Of a stretch of 64,000 nt of DNA, positions 20,693-31,831 are shown piece by piece (position 1 is the stretch's first letter; each line of letters begins with the position of its first letter). This DNA comes from Methanotrichaceae archaeon. Lineage in GTDB: Archaea > Halobacteriota > Methanosarcinia > Methanotrichales > Methanotrichaceae. The notes beneath the pieces were generated by a model, which saw nothing but the letters and a program-made list of their open reading frames with translations, searched no databases and was not told the DNA's origin. A program made the position numbers and the translations under genes. The stretch lies in contig JABLXE010000015.1 of assembly GCA_013178225.1 (NCBI GenBank), positions 1 to 64,000 of the forward strand, in the 5' to 3' direction.

Positions 20693-23194
20693 ATGGTCTT
20701 GGATATATTGGAGGGATCCCCGATCGCTATCACTTATAGGACTATAGAGGTTGCCATGATGCTTTCTGCAATAATACTAGTGGCGACCTTTTTCAGCCCT
20801 GCCTTCTCTCAGGAGGCCGGTGGAACAGATAGCAACCAGTTGAACCAAAATTCTGATGAACCTAATCTGGCAAACGATGCCAATGACCTCCTCACAAACA
20901 GGAGGAAGCCCTTGACATCAGACTCTGGCCTGGACGATATAACAACAGAGGACGTAATCAACCCTGAGAAGCCAGAAAATGTTGTGGTGGTTACGGCCAA
21001 GTCGGAAAAGGAGTGTGAACCCGATGTAGGATTATCCTATAAGGATTCGAAGCCCTGCTGGCCTGAGGGAGTTCAGCCTCCAAAGGGCGCTCCTAACGTG
21101 GTGTTCATCGTGCTTGACGACGTTGGTTTTGGTCAGATAGGATGTTTTGGAGGGCCGATTGAGACCCCTAACATCGATCGTCTGGCGGCAGGTGGCCTGC
21201 GCTATAACAACTTCCATACATCTGCAATGTGCTCACCCACGAGGGCATGTCTCCTGACCGGCAGGAACCACCATTCTGTGGGGATTGGAACAGTTACAGA
21301 CATCCCCACGGGCTATCCTGGATATACCATGGACCTGTCCAAGAACGCAGCAACTATTGCAGAGATGATGAATGCAAATGGCTTCAATACTTTTGCTGTT
21401 GGCAAATGGCATTTAGCGCCCCCAGAAGCCTCAACTGCAGCAGGGCCTTTCGATAACTGGCCCACAGGAAGGGGATTTGACAAGTATTATGGGGTTCTCG
21501 GAGCCGAGACAAACCAATGGTATCCTGATCTCGTCAGCGGAACCACGAGGGTTGATCCGCCAGCAACGCCCGAAGAGGGATACCATCTATCCGAGGACCT
21601 AGTGGATCAAGCGATAGGATTTATAAAAGACGAACAGGCCGCAGAGCCCGGTAAACCCTACTTCCTCTACCTGGCATTCACGGCGGCTCATTCTCCTCAT
21701 CTGGTACCCCAGGAATACATAGATATGTACAAGGGCAAGTTCGATAAGGGCTGGGATACAGTCCGGAATGAGACCCTAGCAAGGCAAAAGCAAATGGGCA
21801 TAGTTCCTGAAAATACAGAGCTTCCACCCAGGAATCCCGACGTATCAGCCTGGGACGGCCTGAGCGCCGATCAGAAGGAGATCTATGCAAGGGAGCAAGA
21901 AGTGTTTGCAGGATTCCTGACCCACACTGACGCCCAGATCGGCAGGTTCTTGGACTATCTTGAGGGAACTGGGCAGCTCAACAACACCATGATAATCCTT
22001 ATTTCCGATAACGGTGCAAGCATGGAAGGCGGGGTGAATGGAACCTTAAACAATTATCACTTCTTTAACTACTTACCAGAGAGTTTTGCCTCACTACTCG
22101 ATAACATAGACGAGTTCGGAGGAACAAAGGCGTACAACCACTACGCTACCGGTTGGGCCATGGCAGGAAATACTCCCTTCAAAAGGTACAAGCAGAACAC
22201 CCATGAGGGAGGGATTCACGAGCCAATGATCATCCACTACCCCTCGGTAATTGAGGATGAAGGAAGGATAAGAAATCAGTACACACACGCAATTGACGTC
22301 GTACCAACAGTCCTGGACGTCCTGGGCCTTCAGGCGCCAAAGGATTACAACGGCTATGTCCAGAAGCCAATTGAAGGTGTGAGCTTTGCTAATACCCTCA
22401 CGGACCCAGATGCCGAGACCGGGAAACACGTACAATATTATGAGATGATGGGCAGCAGGGCCATCTGGTCTAATGGCTGGAAGGCTACGACATACCATCC
22501 GCCGGAATCCGGAGGGGACTTCATCAACGACACCTGGGAGCTTTACAACACTACTGCAGACTTTTCAGAAGTTCATGATCTCGCCACCGATTATCCCCTG
22601 AAGCTCAAGGAGATGAGATTCCTATGGTTCGTCCAGGCCGAGAGGTACAATGTGCTCCCATTGGACGATCGCTTGTTAACTAGGCATGCGCCTGGTCAAG
22701 TAACTGGAATTTTCACCTACTATCCAGGCACTGAAAAGATCCTAGGGCCGATGACACCAGACACATTGAACCACTCCTACAACATCACGGCTTACGTGGA
22801 TATACCTGAATCCGGCGCTGAGGGGGTTATTTTCTCCATAGGCGGGCGGTTTGGAGGTCTATCTTTCTTCGTCAAGGATAGGCATCTCGTCTACGATTAC
22901 AACTTCGTAGGCGATAGGCATTACAATGTCACATCGGCGTTCGAGGTCCCTGGCGGTCGATCCGTTCTGACGATGGCCTTTAATTTGAAGGGCCGTCATA
23001 CAGGCATTTCAACGCTGTATATCGACGGACAGGAGGTTGGTAGCACCGAAGTAGTGACCGTGCCAAAACAATACTCTATGGAGGAGGGACTTGAGATAGG
23101 ACGCGACCCCCAGACACCTGTAACTGAGATCTACGAGAGTCCGTTTAAGTTTAATGGGACTATAGAGAAAGTCGTACTGGAGGTGAAGGAATAA
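20693..23194 (+). CDS. Cys-type arylsulfatase-family enzyme, secreted, with a long C-terminal extension
   Basis: The sulfatase signature CSPTRACLLTGR (C-x-P-x-R, formylglycine site) is present, and there are N-terminal hydrophobic segments. The true start is probably the internal Met of MMLSAIILVATFF. Confidence 0.85.
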   Translation: MVLDILEGSPIAITYRTIEVAMMLSAIILVATFFSPAFSQEAGGTDSNQLNQNSDEPNLANDANDLLTNRRKPLTSDSGLDDITTEDVINPEKPENVVVVTAKSEKECEPDVGLSYKDSKPCWPEGVQPPKGAPNVVFIVLDDVGFGQIGCFGGPIETPNIDRLAAGGLRYNNFHTSAMCSPTRACLLTGRNHHSVGIGTVTDIPTGYPGYTMDLSKNAATIAEMMNANGFNTFAVGKWHLAPPEASTAAGPFDNWPTGRGFDKYYGVLGAETNQWYPDLVSGTTRVDPPATPEEGYHLSEDLVDQAIGFIKDEQAAEPGKPYFLYLAFTAAHSPHLVPQEYIDMYKGKFDKGWDTVRNETLARQKQMGIVPENTELPPRNPDVSAWDGLSADQKEIYAREQEVFAGFLTHTDAQIGRFLDYLEGTGQLNNTMIILISDNGASMEGGVNGTLNNYHFFNYLPESFASLLDNIDEFGGTKAYNHYATGWAMAGNTPFKRYKQNTHEGGIHEPMIIHYPSVIEDEGRIRNQYTHAIDVVPTVLDVLGLQAPKDYNGYVQKPIEGVSFANTLTDPDAETGKHVQYYEMMGSRAIWSNGWKATTYHPPESGGDFINDTWELYNTTADFSEVHDLATDYPLKLKEMRFLWFVQAERYNVLPLDDRLLTRHAPGQVTGIFTYYPGTEKILGPMTPDTLNHSYNITAYVDIPESGAEGVIFSIGGRFGGLSFFVKDRHLVYDYNFVGDRHYNVTSAFEVPGGRSVLTMAFNLKGRHTGISTLYIDGQEVGSTEVVTVPKQYSMEEGLEIGRDPQTPVTEIYESPFKFNGTIEKVVLEVKE

Positions 23195-23891
23195 GGCTGT
23201 TTGGGAAAAGCACGCAGTGCAATAATATATCTAAAACATCTTGGTCTCATATTGAATCAGGGCAGTCCCTTTAGGCTGCCCAGTATCATCATTTATGCTG
23301 ATCACTCTGTTAGGATAGAGTTACATTCGACTACGATACAAACACAAGGCAGAAATCTACGCGCTGGATTTGATGGCGATGTGCTACAAATATACCCAAA
23401 ATAGGTTACAGTTCATGAAAATCGCGATGCTTTTCATTCGTGTGGCGATATATATCTATTCCAGAGAATACTTAAGGAAAATATGGATCGCAAAATGGGC
23501 TGTAATATCTTGGAGCATCTTGGAGCACCAAATGCAGTTTCTGTGGACTTGCTTTTATACTACCTTGCTAAGGCCCTGTTGCGAGATAAAATGCGCATTT
23601 TCTCGGAGACAATAAGGAATGTAGTCGCTCATTGGTTGCGATTCTAAGTGAGGTGAAGCTTGGATTTGTGCGCGTTATTTCGCGGCAGGGACTAACTACC
23701 GGGCCGGCATAGAAGCGAGTGACTTGATGCTATCGATGTTAATTCCGATTTGGAACTTAATCCGAAATTTGTTGTTATAATTATAAAATATCTAGTTGAT
23801 CGATGTAAACAGGAGCCGGGCAGCAGAGTGGCGGATGCAGCAAAACTATAAATAGTTAACAATTGTCCGGGCTTTACTGTTAAAACAATCG

Positions 23892-25646
23892 GTGGTTATG
23901 GACTTGAGTCCCAGAGTAACGTCCGCTTCATTAATCGATCCTGAGAAGGCAAGACCACTCAGGTGCTTTGCAATTTTATTGATGGTCTTTCCCCTCTTAT
24001 GTTCAGCTTCAGTATTGCTGGCAGAGGGACGCTTTGAGGACGGCAGTTCCGCATTGAGAGAAGAACAGGTCGCACAGAAGTTCGAGGTCTTAAGGCAGAA
24101 CCCTGTGGAACTCAGAGCCTTCTTTCTGGGCATGCCCAAGGGAGGAGATATCCATAACCATTTGACGGGAGCTGTCTATGCCGAGTACCTCATAGATCAG
24201 GCAAGTGATGAGGATCTTTGCATCAATCTTGACAACTACACCGTCTCTGCCAATTACTGCGGGGCGGAGAACTCCGAGCCGGTAAAAGACGCCTACTCAA
24301 GCTCGAAGCTGTACGGCCAAATAGTCGATGCCTGGTCGATGAGGGACTCCGAATTGCTCGACGAGAGCAGTCATGACCATTTCTTCGACACCTTCGGAGT
24401 CTTCGGTGGAGCGACCAGCAATACCAGCGCTTTGCTGGCATATATCCGTTCCAGCGCCTATCTGGAGAACATTTCATATCTCGAGGTCATGACCGGCGCG
24501 GGTTCGGCGGCTGCTAACCTGGGAGGCAATGTGGGATGGGACGACAACCTGTCCCGACTCTATGACAAACTCGTCGACAATGGCCTTGATTCCGTATCCC
24601 AGAGCCTGTGCGATTACATAAACGGCACAGAAAGTGGTTCATTGAGTATTCTTGAGAACGAGGGTGACCCCGGCCGCAATGTGACCGTCCGCTACATTTT
24701 GGCCGCAACTAGGAGCCTACCCTGCGAGAAGGTCTTCGGCCAGCTGGCTGCGGCATTCGATGCCGCTAATCGATCGAACCTGGCGGTAGGTGTGAACCTG
24801 CTGAGCGCCGAAGATAACTGGAATGCGAGAGAGAATTACTCCCTGCAGATGGAGATGGTCGGGTTCCTCCACAGCATCTATCCTAACGTCAATATAGCTC
24901 TTCATGCCGGGGAGCTGAATCTGGGCCTTGTTCCTCCCGATGATCTGAGGTTCCACATTAAAGAAGCAGTTGGAGTAGCAAGAGCCTCCAGGATCGGCCA
25001 CGGAGTGGATATCATGTGGGAGCTTCACTCTGACCAGACCCTGGAAGAAATGGCTGAAGACCAGATAGCCATTGAGATCATGCCGGTCAGCAATCAGCTA
25101 ATCCTGGGGGTGGGCGGAAAGGATCATCCCTTCCCGGTATATTTCGACCGCGGAGTGCCGATAGTCCTGGCTTCAGACGATCCTGGCGTGTTGCGTACGG
25201 ATTTGAGTGAGCAGTTCGTGGTGATCGCTGAAGATTATCCGCAGGTCAAATACCAGGATTTCAAGAAATTTGTGAGGAACAGCATCGAATATAGCTTCTT
25301 GTCTGGCAACAGCATATGGGCCTCTAAAGGCGACTACACGAAGCTGGCCGATGAATGTTCGTGCTGCCAGCCGGGCTCGGAGGAGACCGATTCAAGGTGC
25401 AGCAAATTCCTCTATAGCAGCGAAAAAGCCAGAGCAGAGTGGAAACTGGAGGCATATCTGGCGGCCTTTGAAGAACGATATTCCGGGGGAGAGGCCGGAG
25501 CACAGCTTCAGAGATCAGATGCCGCACCTCTATATGAGCCCAATTTGCCACAGCCGCGCCAGAGGTCCTCTTGCTTGGATCCCTGCCGGGACAGGGCACA
25601 GGATTACTCTGCCATCGAAAGATGTCGCACTGGGTGTTGCGCATAA
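23892..25646 (+). CDS. Secreted adenosine/AMP-deaminase-family (ADGF-like) protein with a Cys-rich C-terminal tail
   Basis: The family motifs DIHNHLTGAV (HxHLxG), ALHAGE and ASDDPGV are all present, preceded by a signal peptide. The last ~90 aa contain about 12 Cys. Confidence 0.7.
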   Translation: MVMDLSPRVTSASLIDPEKARPLRCFAILLMVFPLLCSASVLLAEGRFEDGSSALREEQVAQKFEVLRQNPVELRAFFLGMPKGGDIHNHLTGAVYAEYLIDQASDEDLCINLDNYTVSANYCGAENSEPVKDAYSSSKLYGQIVDAWSMRDSELLDESSHDHFFDTFGVFGGATSNTSALLAYIRSSAYLENISYLEVMTGAGSAAANLGGNVGWDDNLSRLYDKLVDNGLDSVSQSLCDYINGTESGSLSILENEGDPGRNVTVRYILAATRSLPCEKVFGQLAAAFDAANRSNLAVGVNLLSAEDNWNARENYSLQMEMVGFLHSIYPNVNIALHAGELNLGLVPPDDLRFHIKEAVGVARASRIGHGVDIMWELHSDQTLEEMAEDQIAIEIMPVSNQLILGVGGKDHPFPVYFDRGVPIVLASDDPGVLRTDLSEQFVVIAEDYPQVKYQDFKKFVRNSIEYSFLSGNSIWASKGDYTKLADECSCCQPGSEETDSRCSKFLYSSEKARAEWKLEAYLAAFEERYSGGEAGAQLQRSDAAPLYEPNLPQPRQRSSCLDPCRDRAQDYSAIERCRTGCCA

Positions 25647-26212
25647 TTAATTAGGGAGCATTTGTGACAGAGAGGGCCAGGATAGTTTTATGCATGATTG
25701 AAAGCTCAAAAGCCTCCGCTGGAGGCAAGGCTTCATAGAATGAAACCCGCTGTATGTATGTTCAGGATATCCTGGACCAATAGAATGGTCTCAGCTTCTG
25801 GATAACGAAGTGCAAGCCCATCTTCATGAATCCGCATATTCAACTTTTGTCCGGCGTTCTTTAACGCAGACTATCCCCTTGCCTGCGCGAGGTTCGAATG
25901 CTAAAAAGACGCAGCACGTTCCATTGCAGATATATTCATAAGTTCTTTCTTGGGACTTCCTGAGTCGTTCGGAATCCTAATAATCGCATCGCCGATAAGC
26001 TGGCAGGGCCTCTTGTAAAACAGATAACCGGGTGTTTTGGATCATATGGTTACTCATACAGATCTTTTCTGATCGCGAGACATATCGGTTTTAGAAGAGG
26101 GCGGCCAGGAATAGGTCGACCATCGAATGCTACTGCATATCTATCTTCACCTTCTATGCCCTTCCTTCCGAGAATTATTTAATATATTGAACTCTAAGAT
26201 AGTCTCGCCTGA

Positions 26213-27753
26213 ATGGATTCAATTGATATCAAGAGGGAGGAAAATGAAAACACTATCAATTTTAGTGATTATGGTATTGATATTGACATTTCTGTCTCCT
26301 ATTCGTTCTGCCAATCGATGAACGAAAGTGCGGCAGAAAAGCTAAACAAGCTCGTTGATAAGGACAAGGATGATCTGATAAATTCGACCCAGGAGCTCGT
26401 CAGGATCAAGAGTGTAAGCGGCGAGCCTGAAGAAGGCGCTCCCTTCGGCGAAGGCCCAGCTCTTGCACTCGATAAGGCATTGGAGATCGCCAGAAGTCTT
26501 GGCTTTAACACTACTAATCTGGATGGCTACATAGGGTATGCTGAATACGGCCAGGGGCCCGATTATGTGGGAGTCTTGGCCCATGTAGATGTTGTAGCCG
26601 AGGGAGATGGCTGGAAATATCCCCCCTATGGAGCCGAGATCCATGATGGCAAGATGTATGGGCGCGGAACCATAGATGACAAAGGACCGGCTATGGCTGC
26701 GATCTATGCACTGAAAGCAGTTCGGGATTCAAACTTATCTCTCACCAAGAGGGTGCGGGTGATCTTCGGCAGCGATGAAGAAACGGGCACTGCCGATGTA
26801 GAGCATTATCTTGATATAGAGGCCCCACCCGTATCCGGCTTCACACCTGATGCCAATTTCCCGGCCATCTATGCCGAAAAGGGCATTCTCACCTTCGATC
26901 TGGCGAGAAATCTGACTACTAAGCCATCTGATATGAGGATTATGAGAATACTTTTCAAGAAGAATCTGACCGCCCTTCAAGGAGGAATAGCTTACAACAT
27001 AGTTCCCGATGAGGCCTCAGCAGAGATAATCACCAGAACTCCTTATCTAGTAGTAGCTGCATGCCGGAATTTCGCCAAAGAAACCGGCTATAATCTCACC
27101 GCAGAGGTAGCTAATGGAACCGTCTCGATCAATTCTGTTGGCCTGGCAGCTCATGGAAGTGTGCCCTACAAAGGAAAGAATGCTGTCATGCAGCTTTTTG
27201 CATTCCTGGGAACATTACCCCTTATCAGCTCCGATATGAAAGATGCTATAGACTTCATCAACGCAAAGATAGACATGGAGACTGACGGCAATCATTTGGC
27301 CTGGCTATGGAGGATGAGCCTTCCGGAAACATCACATTGAACGTAGGAATGGCGAGTATCACCGAGAACCGCATCGTCCTCGGCCTGAACATCCGATATC
27401 CTGTAACGCACACATCTGGTGAAGTGATGGATATAATTAACCAGACCATCGAGGGGTCGGGCTTTAGGGTGGAAAATATGCAGCAGGATCTAAAGCCTCT
27501 TTATTATCCCATCGACACACCATTGATCGTGACTCTGACCCAAGTTTACAACAATGAGACTGGACGAAACGATACGCCTATTGCTATAGGAGGAGGAACC
27601 TATGCTAAAGATATGCCCAACATTGTGGCCTCCGGACCTTACATGCCCGGGCAAGAAGAGGTCGAGCACCAGGTCAATGAGTACATAGCCATCGACCAAC
27701 TGGTAAACATTACAAAGATTTATGCTCAAGATATTTACGAGCTGGCAAAATGA
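26213..27753 (+). pseudogene. M20-family dipeptidase (PepV/Sapep-like) interrupted by a frameshift near 27285-27300
   Basis: M20 motifs HVDVV and GRGTIDDKGP are present. Two ORFs (26213..27340 and 27307..27753) abut in different frames. The downstream frame opens at 27286 and continues the family alignment (LAMEDEPSGNITLNVG). A signal-peptide-like ORF (MKTLSILVIMVLILTFLSP) lies in yet another frame immediately upstream of the catalytic start (26318). Confidence 0.65.
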
Positions 27754-27816
27754 GCTGAGCTCCTAGAACATTAGCCAGATGGGGCCGGCTAGATAACCCC
27801 TCTGGCTGTTCTAGCC

Positions 27817-30231
27817 TTAGCAGCGACCATTCGAGCAGTTGTTCTGCAGGTGCTCCTCGAAATAGTCAAAGAGGCGGTGAATATAGTACGGGTCGTAGCT
27901 CAAGTCATGGTTCCGATTGGTCATGACCAGCAGATCGAAGGGCCTGTCGGCCTCTATGAAGGCATTGACCATCTGCATGGTCATGCACGGATTCACATTA
28001 TCATCCACGTCTCCGGTTATAAGAAGCAGATCGCCGGTCAGGTTCCCGGCCTTTCTGGACGTTACCTGTTCAGTATAATTTGCATCCAATCCTTCATACT
28101 TCTCGCCCCAGAACGATCCGTAGAACCTGCTATCATAGTCTCCAGACGATGCCACTCCTACCTTGTAAAAGCCGGGATAGCTGAGCAAGGCCTGAGCCGT
28201 CATGAATCCTCCGGCCGAGTGGCCAAACATACCTACGCGGTTCAAATCCATATACGGTCTCTCCTTTGCCAGCACTTCAAGGGCATTAACGTGATCTGAA
28301 AGCCCGCCTGCATCGCCCAGATGGCCGTAGGATGCGTCGTGGAATTCCTTGGATCTGTAAGGTGTGCCCGGACCATCTATGGTTACCACAACGAATCCAA
28401 GTTCTGAGAGGGCTTGACCTCTCCAGAAAATTTTGTTCACCCAGGATTGGTCTCCTGGGAATGACTTGGATGTTACTATGGTCCAAGGTCCCGGGTAGAC
28501 CGTCTCAACCACCGGGTATTTCTTTGAAGCGTTGAAACCAGTCGGCTTGATCAGCAAGCCATAGAGATCTGTTTTTCCATCGAGGGCCTTGATGCTGAAA
28601 ACCTCGGGCGGCTTCCATCCCATATCGGTAAGGTTTCTTATATCACCCTCCTCTAAAGTCAGTGTTACATTGCCGCTCAAGCCTCTTAGCACGGAAACAG
28701 GAGGCAGATCAACTCTGGAATAGGTGTCCACAAATGCCGAGCCATCGGGTGACATCTGAATGCTGTGGTCTGCATTCTCCGGAGTAAGCAGTGTCAATTC
28801 CGAGCCATTCAAATTCACCCTATACAAGTGACGGAAATACGGGTCTCGGCCCGGCTCTCTGCCTCCAGCAGTAAAGTAAACTAGAGAACGATTCTCATCC
28901 ACGTGCAGAAGCGTCCTGACAGCCCAATCGCCCCTGGTAATGGCGTTTTTCTGTCTACCGTCGCTATCGTAAAGATAGAGGTGGCCGTAGCCGCTTTTTT
29001 CCGAGAACCAGACTACATCTCCATTCTTAAGAATCCTGGCATTGGGCAGGCTGGCATAGTCCAGGTTGGCCTCTACATACGTGGGGCCGCTCTCCTGCAG
29101 AAGGACTCTGGTCTGGCCGGTCTGCGGATCGGTCTCCAGCAGACGTAGGGCTTTTTCTCCCCTTTCTGCAAACAGGGAGTAAAGAGTCCGGCCGTCATCG
29201 CTCCACCACTGGAGGACATCGCTATCAGTATCCATAAGGGATACTTCGGGCTGCGGTTCGTAGGATACGGGCAGTACTGTCTTGTCCAGGACATCAATGA
29301 TCACAGGTTCGTAGATGGGCACATGCTCCTCTCCGGGCATGGCAAAACGATATTCCCAGGGCCTGGGCCTGGAATCGCTGTCGGGCACGTATTCAAGGAG
29401 ATAGAGCGGAGTTACGTTCCTCTGGTCCATGCGGAAAGTGGCAATCTTCCTGGAGTCAGGAGACCAGACCGCATAAGGTATCGTCGTCTCATTCAATCTT
29501 GCGACGCTTACAGGGTGCAGGACCGTCCCCGATCTTTCGGCATAGGCATAATCCTTCGATCCGTCGCTGGTAAGCCGATATTTGTCGCCAGTACCAGTTT
29601 CTTTCAGCCAGAGGTTATGATCCTCTACGTAGACCGTCAATTTACCATTTGGAGAGAGCAATTCGCCGTTTTTCGCCGCTGCAATCGCCCTTATTTCGGT
29701 CACTATATACGGCTCGTCGTGTCTGCGGAATTTGAAAAATCGAGGTTCCGACAGGGCGGTTGAGACTTTCTCAATAAAGTGATCCTTGAGATCATATTGC
29801 CATGTTCTATTCAGGACCGAGAACAGTATTTTCCCGTTTCGGAAGGTGAGATTGGATAACGCTAAATCTGAAGGATCAACTTCAGCGCCGGATACCAAGG
29901 CAAGTGCCTCTGCCAGCCTTCTGTGGTCAAAGGCGGGCGTCTTGGTTGCATTCTCCATATCTACCAGGACATAATTTTTGCCATCCCGGCCATCATGGAG
30001 GTACCAGAAATAATGAGTTCCTTCTATCCAGTTTGGTGTAACGCTCATATTATAGAGTGTCGGGACTACGCTGGCGGGCAGGAATTGCTCCGCCTGGGAA
30101 TAGTCGACATAGCCTTGTTGACAAGATGCAACAGGCAAGGGTAGGAATAAAGCTATTAAAATATAACAGCATAACGATTTCATAAAATTCCTCATTAATA
30201 ATTGATAGTCATTACTATTTAAGGGCATCAC
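27817..30231 (-). CDS. Secreted S9-family serine peptidase (prolyl oligopeptidase / dipeptidyl-peptidase type)
   Basis: The catalytic motif GMFGHSAGGFM (GxSxGG) is present, and the 804-aa length allows a beta-propeller plus alpha/beta hydrolase architecture. There is a signal peptide. Confidence 0.85.
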   Translation of the reverse strand: MMPLNSNDYQLLMRNFMKSLCCYILIALFLPLPVASCQQGYVDYSQAEQFLPASVVPTLYNMSVTPNWIEGTHYFWYLHDGRDGKNYVLVDMENATKTPAFDHRRLAEALALVSGAEVDPSDLALSNLTFRNGKILFSVLNRTWQYDLKDHFIEKVSTALSEPRFFKFRRHDEPYIVTEIRAIAAAKNGELLSPNGKLTVYVEDHNLWLKETGTGDKYRLTSDGSKDYAYAERSGTVLHPVSVARLNETTIPYAVWSPDSRKIATFRMDQRNVTPLYLLEYVPDSDSRPRPWEYRFAMPGEEHVPIYEPVIIDVLDKTVLPVSYEPQPEVSLMDTDSDVLQWWSDDGRTLYSLFAERGEKALRLLETDPQTGQTRVLLQESGPTYVEANLDYASLPNARILKNGDVVWFSEKSGYGHLYLYDSDGRQKNAITRGDWAVRTLLHVDENRSLVYFTAGGREPGRDPYFRHLYRVNLNGSELTLLTPENADHSIQMSPDGSAFVDTYSRVDLPPVSVLRGLSGNVTLTLEEGDIRNLTDMGWKPPEVFSIKALDGKTDLYGLLIKPTGFNASKKYPVVETVYPGPWTIVTSKSFPGDQSWVNKIFWRGQALSELGFVVVTIDGPGTPYRSKEFHDASYGHLGDAGGLSDHVNALEVLAKERPYMDLNRVGMFGHSAGGFMTAQALLSYPGFYKVGVASSGDYDSRFYGSFWGEKYEGLDANYTEQVTSRKAGNLTGDLLLITGDVDDNVNPCMTMQMVNAFIEADRPFDLLVMTNRNHDLSYDPYYIHRLFDYFEEHLQNNCSNGRC

Positions 30232-30709
30232 TATTTAACATTTCAGCAGCTATTGCCGGGAGTGATAATTTTTTTCAAAATGTTCAAAACGTTCGTCTGC
30301 TTAAGACAGATTTGATGATTTGCCATGACAAGATCTGGAATTGCCAGTTTTTCCGCTGCACACTTTCTTTAGGAAGGACAAGACCATCTAAAGCCTCACC
30401 TTAGCCGCATCCTGAGTGGCGCTTGATCCAGCCCTCCTGGTTTGGCAGTCGGAATCTAAAAATGTAGGTATTTCGCAAGCATTTCCCCAACAATCACTTT
30501 TCCGGTGCACCTCAGCCAGAGGTGGATGCGGTCAGTACCATAGATAATGTTGACTCTCTGGCCTCTGGCACCTTTTCCGTCCATGCTTCCGGAGGGAAAA
30601 AGTTGGGGTGGCGATGTTTTCATTCTCGATTGCCTCGAATATCTCTTGAGTCGGGTTTCAGCCAGGGATTTCATGAAAAGCGTTCTTCATCGCCTCCATT
30701 CCGATCCTT

Positions 30710-31561
30710 TTATTGCGATAGTCCTTTGCTCGGTGTAACGTCCAGGAAGGGCATGCCAACTGTGGCGCTGGGCAGGTGGCCATCCCATCTCTCTATCGCC
30801 GCTCTCTGTGCATCGATCTTTCTCAGCTCAACGAGTTCTGGAGTCAGCGCTGACTTCTGTCTCTCAAGCGCTCTGGCTTCGGCATCGGCCTTCACGTAAG
30901 TCATATTGGCCTCAATCAGCGTCCTTTGATAGTCCCTCTCGGCCTTCAGTTTCTGCTGTTCTGCTGTGACTTTGGCCTCAATTGCATCCTTGAAGGCCGG
31001 CGAGAACTCAAAATCGATTATCGCTATCTCCTCCACATCTATGTTGAATTTTGCAAGTCTCTCTTTTAGCAGATTCTGTATCATATCTTTGACATCGGCC
31101 CGGTTTGTTATGAGTTCCTCAGCACTGAACTTGGCAGTGCTGGCCTTCACCACCTCCTGCACTGCGGGTTGAATAATTCTATCGGCATAATAATGCCCGA
31201 GTTCAGTATAGATAATTGGAACCGCCTCGGGGTTGAGCCGGTAGTTTACCGCTATCCGAGTGCTCACCGTCTGAAGATCCCTGGATGCCGCGCTGGCATC
31301 CGTTTCGTACTTCTGAGTCTTTACGTCGAATATCTCCACGGATTGCATCCAAGGCGTCTTGAAATGAAGCCCGGGCTCGACTGCGTATGTTGCAGGCTTT
31401 CCCCACGTCAGGAGCACACCCCTCTCGCTGGCATCTATGATGTAAAAAGATCCGAGAACTGTTCCGAGAATTGTCAGGGCAAGGACCACCAGCACTGCGA
31501 TCTTCAATAGCTGCATTGCCGAGGTCAGGTAATCGTCTTTCAGCTCTTCCATTGATAGCAC
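30710..31561 (-). CDS. SPFH/band-7 (prohibitin/HflC-like) membrane protein
   Basis: An N-terminal TM anchor is followed by an SPFH domain and a coiled-coil, Ala/Glu-rich C-terminus. Confidence 0.8.
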   Translation of the reverse strand: MLSMEELKDDYLTSAMQLLKIAVLVVLALTILGTVLGSFYIIDASERGVLLTWGKPATYAVEPGLHFKTPWMQSVEIFDVKTQKYETDASAASRDLQTVSTRIAVNYRLNPEAVPIIYTELGHYYADRIIQPAVQEVVKASTAKFSAEELITNRADVKDMIQNLLKERLAKFNIDVEEIAIIDFEFSPAFKDAIEAKVTAEQQKLKAERDYQRTLIEANMTYVKADAEARALERQKSALTPELVELRKIDAQRAAIERWDGHLPSATVGMPFLDVTPSKGLSQ

Positions 31562-31831
31562 CCATTTGGCTCCTGGAAATTGATCGCCCTTTTATATAAA
31601 GTGGTTTGGGATGCGGGCGCTCCATCAGGCCTAGAATTCGATGCCTTTGGGAATGGATCCTGAATCGCTGTTCAGAATCCCTAAGCCCCCGAGGAAAAAG
31701 TTTTTAAATTACTGCCACGCCTCCCTGAACACAGTTGTACATCATAGCACATAAATGGGGAACGATTATAACATGAATCCAACTATGAGCCCGAAAAGCG
31801 CCCGCTCCGGGGCCTCAGGCAGGGATCGGTA

